Assembly (NCBI GenBank): GCA_045536725.1
Contig: JAZSOC010000034.1
Coordinates: 17,228-81,227, forward strand
Direction of reading: 5' to 3'
Source: Candidatus Nanosyncoccus sp.
Lineage (GTDB): Bacteria; Patescibacteriota; Saccharimonadia; Saccharimonadales; Saccharimonadaceae
DNA length: 64,000 bases
Made by a program: the position numbers and the translations under genes. Under the pieces are notes generated by a model. That model saw only the letters and a list, made by a program, of their open reading frames with translations, made no database searches and was not told the DNA's origin. This document shows, one piece after another, positions 48,680 through 57,013 of this stretch (its first letter is position 1; every line of letters begins with the position of its first letter).

Positions 48680-48789
48680 TGAATTCTTTCTTGAAAGCCG
48701 GTAGATTGGTATTTTCTCCGTGCGAGACGCATCTTCTGGATGGTCGAGCACGAAAAAATGCCGAGATACCGGCTTTCAACAAGAATTCA
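48680..48789. repeat. 23-24 bp inverted repeat abutting the tRNA-Ser(GGA) 3' end
   Basis: Arms tgaattctttcttgaaagccggta (48680-48703) and taccggctttcaacaagaattca (48767-48789). The right arm ends exactly at the base before the encoded CCA end. Confidence 0.6.
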
Positions 48790-48879
48790 TGGCGGAAGCG
48801 AGAGGATTCGAACCTCCGATACGGTTTCCCGCATACACGCGTTCCAGGCGTGCTCCTTCAACCACTCGGACACGCTTCC
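48790..48879 (-). tRNA. tRNA-Ser (GGA anticodon)
   Basis: The reverse complement reads ggaagcgtgtccgagtggttgaaggagc, then an anticodon loop ctGGAac, a long variable arm atgcgggaaaccgtat, T-arm ggaggttcgaatcctct, and an encoded CCA. TGATATAAT lies 10 nt upstream of the 5' end. Confidence 0.9.
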
Positions 48880-49032
48880 GTCTTCCCCAATTATATCACA
48901 CTCCCTGTTTTACGCAAAATCCGGCCTCCATAGCCGGCTCCATTCCCCTTATGTTTATATCTTCATTATAGCACAGCCCTCCCCAAATGTCACGTCTTGT
49001 TTTTTCCCTGTTATCACCCTATACTAAAACCA

Positions 49033-49905
49033 ATGTCTGGAGATAATATTGATACCATTATTAAGCTTACTAACGTAAGCAAGAGCTACGGTTACGGCGC
49101 AGCTTCCTCCTTCGCACTCCAGGATTTCTCACTAGAAGTTAAACGCGGCGAATTTATTATGATTATGGGACCATCTGGCTGCGGTAAAACCACTTTATTA
49201 AACATCCTCGGCCTCCTCGACAAACCCACTCATGGTACCTATCTACTCCACGATAAGCCCATTGAAAAAATCTCCCCTCGCCGCAAAGCTCGTATTCGCT
49301 CAGACAAAATCGGCATGATTTTCCAAAGTTTTAACTTAATCCCCACTCTTCAAGTCATTGAGAATGTCGCTCTCCCCCTTGTTTATTCCGGCTACGGCAA
49401 GACTAATCGCCTCAAAAAAGCTTCCGCCACTCTAGAGCGCTTCCACCTTAAAGAGCGTGAATACTTCTTCCCAGAGCAACTTTCTGGTGGCCAGCAGCAG
49501 CGCGTCGCCATCGCTCGCTCCCTCGTCGCCAACCCAGAAATCATCCTTGCCGATGAACCCACCGGCAATCTTGACAGTCGTTCCTCCCATATCGTCATGG
49601 AAGAGCTCCGTGCTATCCACGCCGCTGGCAACACCATCATCATGGTTACCCACAACCCTAATCTCACCACTTATGCCACTCGCGTCATTCACATGCTCGA
49701 CGGCCACATCGATACCGACATTAAAACCGTCGATGATGCTGATCTCCCTCAGCCAATCGCCGTTCACATCGTCAAGAAAACTCCTGTCGTTAGCACCGAA
49801 AAGAAAGAAAAAAGGGATAAAAAAGACACCCCTAAGAAAAAATCAGCCAAGAAAAAGAACACCAAATCCCAATCTAAGAAATCCAAAAAGAAAGGAGCGA
49901 AATAA
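49033..49905 (+). CDS. ABC transporter ATP-binding protein (MacB/LolD-type) with a Lys-rich tail
   Basis: Walker A GPSGCGKTT, signature LSGGQQQRVAIARS, Walker B ILADEPT. The C-terminal 50 aa are K-rich. The start is probably MSGDNID (49033). Confidence 0.9.
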   Translation: MSGDNIDTIIKLTNVSKSYGYGAASSFALQDFSLEVKRGEFIMIMGPSGCGKTTLLNILGLLDKPTHGTYLLHDKPIEKISPRRKARIRSDKIGMIFQSFNLIPTLQVIENVALPLVYSGYGKTNRLKKASATLERFHLKEREYFFPEQLSGGQQQRVAIARSLVANPEIILADEPTGNLDSRSSHIVMEELRAIHAAGNTIIMVTHNPNLTTYATRVIHMLDGHIDTDIKTVDDADLPQPIAVHIVKKTPVVSTEKKEKRDKKDTPKKKSAKKKNTKSQSKKSKKKGAK

Positions 49906-51125
49906 TGCCATTACTTCTTCGCACTCATTATCGTCTAGCTGTTGAGTCGCTTAAACACAATCGCACACGCTCCCTGCTCACCTGTCTCGGTATTGCTATT
50001 GGTGTCGCCAGCGTCATTCTAATCCTTTCTCTCATGGGCAGTGTTAACCGTCTCATCTCTAATGAAATAGAATCCCTCGGCAGCGACCTCATTCTTGTCC
50101 GCCCTACCGTCCATAGAAGTGATGTCGATAATATTTTCAGTGAACTCACCTCTGCTAATCAATACCTCGGCAGCAATCTTACTTTAGATGATGTTAATAC
50201 CATTAAAAAACTAGACAACGTCACCGCTGTCGCCCCCCTGGCCGCCTCTGTCAATACTCTCAAGGGTGAACACACCGTAGATTCCGCTACTGTCGTCGCC
50301 ACCAACGAAGACATCCAGCCCATCTTAAATCTCACCCTTGATAACGGCTCCTTCATTTCCAGCTCCTTCACCCAAAAAACCGCCGTCATCGGCCATAATC
50401 TCGCCCTAGATCTTTTCAGCACTGAGACTGCCGTCGGTCAAACCTTCTCTATGCTCGGCGAAAAATACCTCGTCATTGGCGTCCTCAATAAGGTGGACGC
50501 TCCTATTAATATTAGCAATATCGATTTCGACCATTCCGCCTTTATCCATACTAAATTCGCCAAAGATTCAGGCCTCCAAGTCCAGCAAATTAGCGTCAAA
50601 GTTAAAAACACCAGTTCCCTAGAATCCACCGCCACTGCCATCACTTCTTCCCTGGAAAAGAGTAAATCGGGTGATCAAAACTTCTCCGTCAATTACGGTA
50701 GTCACATCACTCATCCTGCCGGCTCCCTCATTGATATTATCTCTAAAATGCTTACTCTCGTCGCCAGTATTTCCCTGCTCGTTGGCGGCATCGGCATCAT
50801 GAATATCATGCTTGTTTCCGTCGCTGAGCGCACTCATGAAATCGGCATCAGAAAAGCCGTTGGCGCCGCTAATCTCAATATTTTCCTCCAGTTCCTCTTT
50901 GAGAGTTTAGTTCTTTCCTTTATTGGTGGCGTCCTCGGGCTTGGTCTTGGCTATGCTTTCGCCTTCCTCATCTCCCTCATCACACCTTTCACACCTTTCT
51001 TCAGCTGGGATATTCTCCTTTCCGTCCTCTATATCTCCGTCTCTGTCGGCACCATCTTTGGCCTCTATCCCGCCCTTAAAGCTTCCCATAAAAATCCGAT
51101 TGATTCCCTGCGCAGCTATTGCTAA
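49905..51125 (+). CDS. ABC transporter permease (MacB/FtsX family)
   Basis: 406 aa with an N-terminal TM helix, a periplasmic domain, and a C-terminal FtsX 3-TM module. Its start overlaps the ATPase stop. Confidence 0.85.
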   Translation: MPLLLRTHYRLAVESLKHNRTRSLLTCLGIAIGVASVILILSLMGSVNRLISNEIESLGSDLILVRPTVHRSDVDNIFSELTSANQYLGSNLTLDDVNTIKKLDNVTAVAPLAASVNTLKGEHTVDSATVVATNEDIQPILNLTLDNGSFISSSFTQKTAVIGHNLALDLFSTETAVGQTFSMLGEKYLVIGVLNKVDAPINISNIDFDHSAFIHTKFAKDSGLQVQQISVKVKNTSSLESTATAITSSLEKSKSGDQNFSVNYGSHITHPAGSLIDIISKMLTLVASISLLVGGIGIMNIMLVSVAERTHEIGIRKAVGAANLNIFLQFLFESLVLSFIGGVLGLGLGYAFAFLISLITPFTPFFSWDILLSVLYISVSVGTIFGLYPALKASHKNPIDSLRSYC

Positions 51126-51153
51126 TGTCTATAATTGTGTTATAATAAACATA

Positions 51154-51723
51154 ATGAAAGAACAGGCCAAACAGATTTTTTCCAGATTTGTCTCTGGGGA
51201 GCATTTCTCCGAGGGCCTTTTTAATCATTCTCACAATGTTGCCACCGTCGCCGAAGCTATCGCGGAACATGTTAAAGATTTAGACCCAGACAAGGCCTAC
51301 GCTTATGGCCTCCTTCACGATATCGGCCGTTATCCTGGCGACGTCGGCCTCAATCATATCATTATTGGCTACAAACTTCTCCAGAAAGAGGGTCTAGAAG
51401 ATGCTGCTCGCATTGCTCTCACCCACACCTTCTATGAAGGCCAGGATTGGGAAGTTTTCTGGGATGAACGTGGCCTCACCGATGATGAAAAACAATTCGT
51501 CATGGACTATTTAAGCAATATTGAGTTTGATGATTACGATCGTCTCATTCAGCTCGCCGATAATATGGCCACCGTCCATGAAATCACCACAGTCGAAAAG
51601 CGCTTCGCCGACGTCCTCACTCGTCACACTTTTGATCATCCCGAAGACAATCTTCAAGCTCTCAAAGCCCTCAAGTCCTACTTCGACGCTAAAACTGGCC
51701 TTGATATCTATACTCTCTTCTAA
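51154..51723 (+). CDS. HD-domain phosphohydrolase
   Basis: It carries H...LLHDIGR motifs. The promoter is leaderless: TGTTATAAT at 51138-51146, 7 nt, then ATG. The ORF track extends upstream to 50923 into the permease gene. Confidence 0.6.
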   Translation: MKEQAKQIFSRFVSGEHFSEGLFNHSHNVATVAEAIAEHVKDLDPDKAYAYGLLHDIGRYPGDVGLNHIIIGYKLLQKEGLEDAARIALTHTFYEGQDWEVFWDERGLTDDEKQFVMDYLSNIEFDDYDRLIQLADNMATVHEITTVEKRFADVLTRHTFDHPEDNLQALKALKSYFDAKTGLDIYTLF

Positions 51724-51769
51724 TTTACTAACAAAAATGGGAGCCCTTAGGCTCCCTTATCGTCACCTC

Positions 51770-51931
51770 CTATTTTATTTCCGTTACATGAAACTCTTCA
51801 TACTCTACATCCGATTCATACAGTTTACTACCCGCTCTTTCACTAGCCTCTGCTTCAGTTAATGCGTAAATTTCAAAACTACTCACTACTATATCATCTA
51901 CGCCTATCACTTCAACTAAAAATTTTCTCAT
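51770..51931 (-). CDS. Small acidic hypothetical protein (53 aa)
   Basis: It is below the ORF-track cutoff. SD aaagggga precedes the ATG at 51931, and the hairpin gggagcc/ggctccc plus a T-run (51739-51756) lies downstream on the minus strand. Confidence 0.3.
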   Translation of the reverse strand: MRKFLVEVIGVDDIVVSSFEIYALTEAEASERAGSKLYESDVEYEEFHVTEIK

Positions 51932-52075
51932 TTTACTCTCCCCTTTCATAAAAAATAGAAGATGCTCCTAATGTACTACATCACCTTATATTATACCACA
52001 CCGCTTATGCTATGTCAATATTTTTCACACTTCGCTTATGCTTTCACCCCTGTAAAATTATGATATAATAGCTCT

Positions 52076-53137
52076 ATGTATATTCTTGCTATCGAAAGCT
52101 CCTGCGATGAAACCGCCGCTGCGGTCGTCAAAGATGGTAAAGAAATTTTAAGCAACGTTATTGTTTCCCAGATTGATATTTTTAAAGCTTACGGTGGTGT
52201 CATTCCAGAAGTTGCCGCCCGTTCCCACCTTGAAGCCATCATCCCCGTTGTTAATAAAGCCTTAAAAGATGCAGATAAAACTTGGGACGATATAACAGCT
52301 ATTGCCGTCACTCACACCCCTGGCCTACTCGGCTCACTCTTGATTGGCACCCTCACCGCCCGCACCCTCGCTATCTTACACGATAAACCTCTCTATCCCG
52401 TCCATCACCTAAAGAGCCATATCTATGCAGCCTGGTATAATCATCAAATTCAGTTCCCAATCTTGTCGTTAGTAGTCTCCGGCGGCCACACCCAGATTCT
52501 CCGTATGGCCAAGCATAATGACTTTAAAATTATTGGTACCACCCGGGATGATGCCGTCGGCGAATGCTTTGATAAGGTCGCTAAAATCCTCGGTCTTCCC
52601 TACCCTGGCGGCCCCGCCATCGCTGAAGCCGCTAAACATGGCGACCCAAACAAGTATCATTTCCCTCACCCCCATCTCACCAGCCCCGCCCGCGGTCAAA
52701 AACATTATTCAGACCTTGACTTTTCTTTTTCCGGCCTCAAAACCGCAGTACTTCGCAAGGTCCAAGAGGAGCTAAATCTCCCCTTAAATCACCCTTCCCA
52801 CGACCTTAAAAATCACCTCACTAAACAGCAGATTGCCGACTTCGCCGCCAGCTTTCAAAGCACCGCCATTGACATCCTCCTAGAAAACTTAGAGAAAGCC
52901 TATCACAAATACCCTGACACCAAGTCTATCGTCATTGCCGGCGGTGTCTCCGCCAATGAATTATTAAGAGACAAAGCAGTGCAAAAATTCGGCCCCAAAG
53001 TCTTCTTCCCTGATAAACCACTGAGTGGCGACAACGCCGCCATGGTCGGCGCCGCCGCTTACTACGAAATCAAAGATGGCAAAAGCCCTAGCGACCCCTA
53101 CCACCTAGACATTCTCCCTAGAAGCACCATCAACTAA
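52076..53137 (+). CDS. tsaD: tRNA N6-adenosine threonylcarbamoyltransferase TsaD
   Basis: 353 aa with ILAIESSCDETAAAV and the HxxxH metal site (VHHLKSH). The promoter is leaderless: TGATATAAT at 52061-52069, 6 nt, then ATG. Confidence 0.93.
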   Translation: MYILAIESSCDETAAAVVKDGKEILSNVIVSQIDIFKAYGGVIPEVAARSHLEAIIPVVNKALKDADKTWDDITAIAVTHTPGLLGSLLIGTLTARTLAILHDKPLYPVHHLKSHIYAAWYNHQIQFPILSLVVSGGHTQILRMAKHNDFKIIGTTRDDAVGECFDKVAKILGLPYPGGPAIAEAAKHGDPNKYHFPHPHLTSPARGQKHYSDLDFSFSGLKTAVLRKVQEELNLPLNHPSHDLKNHLTKQQIADFAASFQSTAIDILLENLEKAYHKYPDTKSIVIAGGVSANELLRDKAVQKFGPKVFFPDKPLSGDNAAMVGAAAYYEIKDGKSPSDPYHLDILPRSTIN

Positions 53138-53393
53138 ACGCATATTTTTGTATTTTTCAACGCGCTCGTGTATAATAAATATTGACATATCTCATTCATA
53201 TAAAAGCGTGGATCGTTTTTAGAACTTATTTTTATTAAAAACACTTACCAAGAAGTACGGTATCGGCGTCATAAGTATTTTGTCGGTGCTGTCGCAGCTT
53301 GGTAAAAGGTGCACGCATGGATGAGATATGTCAGCTTGTGGCGCCGATACTCTACTTAAGCCATTGGTGCCACCAATATTAATGGAGGTACAA

Positions 53394-54704
53394 ATGCGCG
53401 ACAGCAAAAAATTCAAGCTCAAAAAATCATCTTATTCCCATTTCCTGGTGGGTGTTTTTATTTTCTTCTTCTCATTCTTTTCTTCAGCAATCATTTCTGG
53501 GATGCTCACGCCCGTTGATGATTCCTCCGCCCAGACCGTCTCCGTGGAAAATCGTGCCACCGGCTATTTCATCACTGTCACCGCCCCAGACTCTGCCGGG
53601 CTTAATGTTACCCCTTCTGCAGAAGACACCGTTTCAGTCTCCCCTGCCAGCAATGTTAACGTTTTGACCAATGCTCCTGGCGGCTATAAGCTTTACCTCT
53701 CAGCCACTAATGTCGATCTTTCCGCCACCAATATCACCCCCAAATTCACCCCTACAGAATCTTCTTCCCTTTCTCCCAACTCTTGGGGCTACAGCTTGGA
53801 CCAGTCCACCTGGTCCGGCATTACCACTTCAGAGGTAAACATCTCCAGCCGCGAGCAGTCTAATTATCCTAACGGCACCAATGTCCCAGTTTACTACGGA
53901 GTCAAGGCCAACACCACTATGCCAGCCGCCACCTACTCCACCACTGTCACTTACACCGCTTTCGCCGAAGGAATTTATCAAAAACTCAGCGACGTCGTAG
54001 CAGTCGGCGATTATGTCCACATGGTGCCAAACTACGTCGGCAGTTACACCCCTACCACTAATAGCAGCAGCCCATACTATACCGGCACCTCCACCCCCGG
54101 CTCCGTCACTCCATCTGAATTAGACACCTGGGTAGTAATTAAGAAAAATGCGAATGGTAGCCTAGAAATGGTAAGTAAAAATGTCTCTAGTTCAAATATT
54201 ACATTCTACGGAAGATCTGGGTATGATAATTTTGTAGAATCCCTTGAAAAAATCGCCGAACAATATGAAAATAGCAATTTTACAAGCAGCTCAAGGTATT
54301 TTGGCCATAAGGAGGGTGAAGTTATGTATAATGGAGGAGATAGTTCATCCTGGAGACACGGAGAAGGAAGTACTTATTATGAAACCGATATGAATCTAGT
54401 GAAGAATGCCTTAGGCGTCCGCGGAGAGGCAACATTAATTGCAGGCAATCCCAATAATGTAGTCGAATATTGGCTAGGCTCCTCTAGCTTTACTAATACT
54501 TCTACTCTTTGGTATTGTGAAGCTCGTTACATCACGACATCAGGAACAACTACCTACACAACACTATCCTCTCATGGAGTAGGCGGTACTCAATATGCAT
54601 TACCTAAAGCTATCCGCCCCATCCTCACCACCAAGCCCGACATCCTCGTCGATACCACCGGTGACGGCTCTGCCGCCCACCCCTGGGTCCTCACCACCTA
54701 CTGA
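53394..54704 (+). CDS. Secreted or anchored surface protein (N-domain paralogous to 23670..24305)
   Basis: The start MRDSKKF follows SD ggagg. It has an N-terminal TM/signal sequence, then a beta-rich domain ending AATYSTTVTYTAF, then a C-domain of about 230 aa. Confidence 0.5.
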   Translation: MRDSKKFKLKKSSYSHFLVGVFIFFFSFFSSAIISGMLTPVDDSSAQTVSVENRATGYFITVTAPDSAGLNVTPSAEDTVSVSPASNVNVLTNAPGGYKLYLSATNVDLSATNITPKFTPTESSSLSPNSWGYSLDQSTWSGITTSEVNISSREQSNYPNGTNVPVYYGVKANTTMPAATYSTTVTYTAFAEGIYQKLSDVVAVGDYVHMVPNYVGSYTPTTNSSSPYYTGTSTPGSVTPSELDTWVVIKKNANGSLEMVSKNVSSSNITFYGRSGYDNFVESLEKIAEQYENSNFTSSSRYFGHKEGEVMYNGGDSSSWRHGEGSTYYETDMNLVKNALGVRGEATLIAGNPNNVVEYWLGSSSFTNTSTLWYCEARYITTSGTTTYTTLSSHGVGGTQYALPKAIRPILTTKPDILVDTTGDGSAAHPWVLTTY

Positions 54705-54806
54705 TCTATAGATGCTGTGGAAAACCTGTGGAAATCTCCCAGCCAAAGTGTGGAAAACTCTCCCCTGTTCCACCTCTGCAAACGCAAAGTATGCTATAAT
54801 ATAAAA

Positions 54807-55754
54807 ATGGAACATTTGTTGCAATCTCGGGAGTGGCAAAAATACGAAGAGCTTGAAGGTCATAAAACTTTCTTCGAAGAAGGCGATGGCTACCACTTTC
54901 TAGCTGTCGAGCATAAAACACCCTTTGGAAATTACCTTTTTTGCCCTTACGGCCCCGAATTTCGCGATAAACGTAGCTTTTTAAAGGCTCTGAGAGCGCT
55001 TAAAACGCTCGGTATATCAAAAAACGTAACCTTTATCAGAATCGAGCCAAGAATAGCCTTAAATGGCCCAGAAATGGCCAAATACAGCCAAAAAATCGGA
55101 AACCTCATTAAAAAATCACACGACTTAGATCCAGCCCACACTTGGCACCTCGATCTCACGCAAAATGAAGAAGAAATCTTAAAAAACATTGAATCTCGCA
55201 AGGTCCGCTACTGGAAAAATCACCAGAAAAAAGGCATTACCCTTAAAAAAAGCCAGAACCCTGAAGATATCACCATTTTGATTAAATTTCTCAAAAATCT
55301 CGGCGAAGTTGATAATTTCACCCCTCAGGACGAAAATCACCTAAAAAATCAGCTCAAATCTGGCTTCGCCACCCTCTACATCGCTGATCTCACCGAGGAT
55401 GATAAGACTGAACCTATCGCCGCCGCCCTAATTTATGACTACAAAGATACTCGCTATTACGCCCACGCCGCCACTGACTTCGAACATCGCAAGCTCGCCG
55501 CCGGCACCATCATCCTTATCCAAATGATTCTCGACGCCAAAAAAGACGGCCAGAAAATCTACGATTTTTGGGGTATCACCACTAGCGAAGATAAAAATCA
55601 CCCTTGGTACGGCTTCACTCAGTATAAAAAATCTTTCGGCGGCCACCAAGTCGATTTCGCCGGCACCTACGATATCATCTTAAACCAGCCAAAGTACAAA
55701 CTTTACCAATTCTTCCGCAAAATCAATCGGATGAAACGCAAAATCAAAAAATAG
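54807..55754 (+). CDS. FemAB-family peptidoglycan bridge-forming aminoacyltransferase
   Basis: 315 aa from MEHLLQSREWQKYE, with a FemAB-like layout (…YYAHAATDFEHRKLAAGT…FWGI…YKKSFGG). The promoter is leaderless: TGCTATAAT at 54792-54800, 6 nt, then ATG. Confidence 0.6.
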   Translation: MEHLLQSREWQKYEELEGHKTFFEEGDGYHFLAVEHKTPFGNYLFCPYGPEFRDKRSFLKALRALKTLGISKNVTFIRIEPRIALNGPEMAKYSQKIGNLIKKSHDLDPAHTWHLDLTQNEEEILKNIESRKVRYWKNHQKKGITLKKSQNPEDITILIKFLKNLGEVDNFTPQDENHLKNQLKSGFATLYIADLTEDDKTEPIAAALIYDYKDTRYYAHAATDFEHRKLAAGTIILIQMILDAKKDGQKIYDFWGITTSEDKNHPWYGFTQYKKSFGGHQVDFAGTYDIILNQPKYKLYQFFRKINRMKRKIKK

Positions 55755-55790
55755 CAGTTCCCTGCCCTAGAAAAATAGTCCCAGTCGGGG

Positions 55791-55997
55791 CTATTTTTTC
55801 TCATATTTGGATAAATCAAATAAACTTTGCTTTCCCTCATCGATGATTCCCTGCGCTTTCTTTAAAAGCTTCGTGATTCCCTTTTCTGTTGTCGCCGAGC
55901 CCACGTGTACTGTCTTCACCACTCTTCCCCGCTCCTTATAGCACACCTGTATGCCTGTCGCCCCCGAAGCCGTCTTAAATTTCCGAATATACGCCAT
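55791..55997 (-). mobile_element. N-terminal fragment of a transposase (IS1634/ISLre2-like), truncated
   Basis: The 68-aa ORF MAYIRKFKTASGATGIQVCYKERGRVVKTVHVGSA resembles the conserved N-terminus of this transposase type. No DDE domain follows. Confidence 0.4.
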
Positions 55998-56396
55998 ACC
56001 CTAATTATACACGACTTATTCCACATCCGTAAAATGCTTACATCTATATATTAGCATCCACTTGTCTTAGCAACCCGCTTATGCTACAATAGAATTAATC
56101 AGCTACACAGGTGGGCAACTCCAAGTAGTTGAGGAGGAACGTTAGTCGACGGCCGCACAGGGGATTATCTCTAAGAATCAAGCGTAAGGTAGGCCGCCAT
56201 ATCAGAAAAATTAAGATAACGCAATTAAAATAGTATTTTATTGCAAAAAATCAAATTTTTTCACGTGCCCCAACAGGGAAAGCACGTAATTTTGCTGTGT
56301 AAATTATGTTTTGATTATGCTTGCGAAAGCCATTAGACTCGTGTAAACTAGTAAAGACTACTAATCCACGCACTTTTTTTAAAGGAGGGAATTGTT

Positions 56397-56957
56397 ATGG
56401 CAAAAGTAGTAGTATTTATTGGTTCTATGAGTGACGCAGAGAAGATGAAACCCTGCATTGATACCCTTAAAGAAGCCGGGGTCAACTACGACGTTCATTG
56501 CATCTCTGCACATCGCGCACCCGATGTTCTTCGCGACACTGTGGCTAAGGAGTGCTCTTCGCTTTCCGATCTGGTGCAAAAGACTTCAAGAGATGGAACG
56601 CTGGTCACCGCCACAACCCATGCTGAAAAATGCGGCGTTATTATTGCTGCTGCCGGCATGGCAGCCGCTCTCCCAGGGGTAATCGCCAGCCACACCACTA
56701 TACCAGTGATTGGTGTACCACTCTCTGGCTCAGCTCTCAATGGGCAGGATGCTCTCTATTCCATCGCTCAAATGCCGCCTGGCATCCCTGTTGCTACGGT
56801 AGCAATCAACGGCGCCAAGAACGCCGCCATCCTTGCGATGCAAATCATTAGCACCTCGACACCTGGTATTGCCAAAAAGCTGGATACACAGAGAGCAGAA
56901 CTTAGAAATCAGGCTCTTCACGCCGACAGAGAAGCATCATCTTTCTATGATAACTAG
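56397..56957 (+). CDS. purE: PurE-like (N5-CAIR mutase family) protein
   Basis: It carries VFIGSMSD, SAHRAPD, IIAAAGMAAALPGV, IPVIGVP and MPPGIPVATVAI. It has about 23 extra aa (CSSLSDLVQKTSRDGTLVTATTH) relative to E. coli PurE. SD aaggaggg lies upstream. Confidence 0.75.
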   Translation: MAKVVVFIGSMSDAEKMKPCIDTLKEAGVNYDVHCISAHRAPDVLRDTVAKECSSLSDLVQKTSRDGTLVTATTHAEKCGVIIAAAGMAAALPGVIASHTTIPVIGVPLSGSALNGQDALYSIAQMPPGIPVATVAINGAKNAAILAMQIISTSTPGIAKKLDTQRAELRNQALHADREASSFYDN

Positions 56958-56980
56958 AAAAATAGACCAAACCTCAAAAA

Positions 56981-57007
56981 CTCCGGTAGGGAATTACCGG
57001 AGTTTTT
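56981..57007. terminator. Bidirectional terminator between purE and valS
   Basis: Stem ctccggta, loop gggaat, stem taccggag, flanked by an A-run and a T-run. Confidence 0.75.
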
Positions 57008-57013
57008 CTTGTC

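Noticed and set aside
56100-56390. Possible RNase P RNA, tmRNA, SRP RNA, or ZTP/purine/PRPP riboswitch
   Set aside because: I could not find the conserved cores by eye: GAGGAAAGUCC and ACAGAA..GGCUUA, a tRNA-like T-arm with GCCACCA, GGAAGCAGCC, or CCGCCUGGGC. The region is kept only as an unclassified leader.
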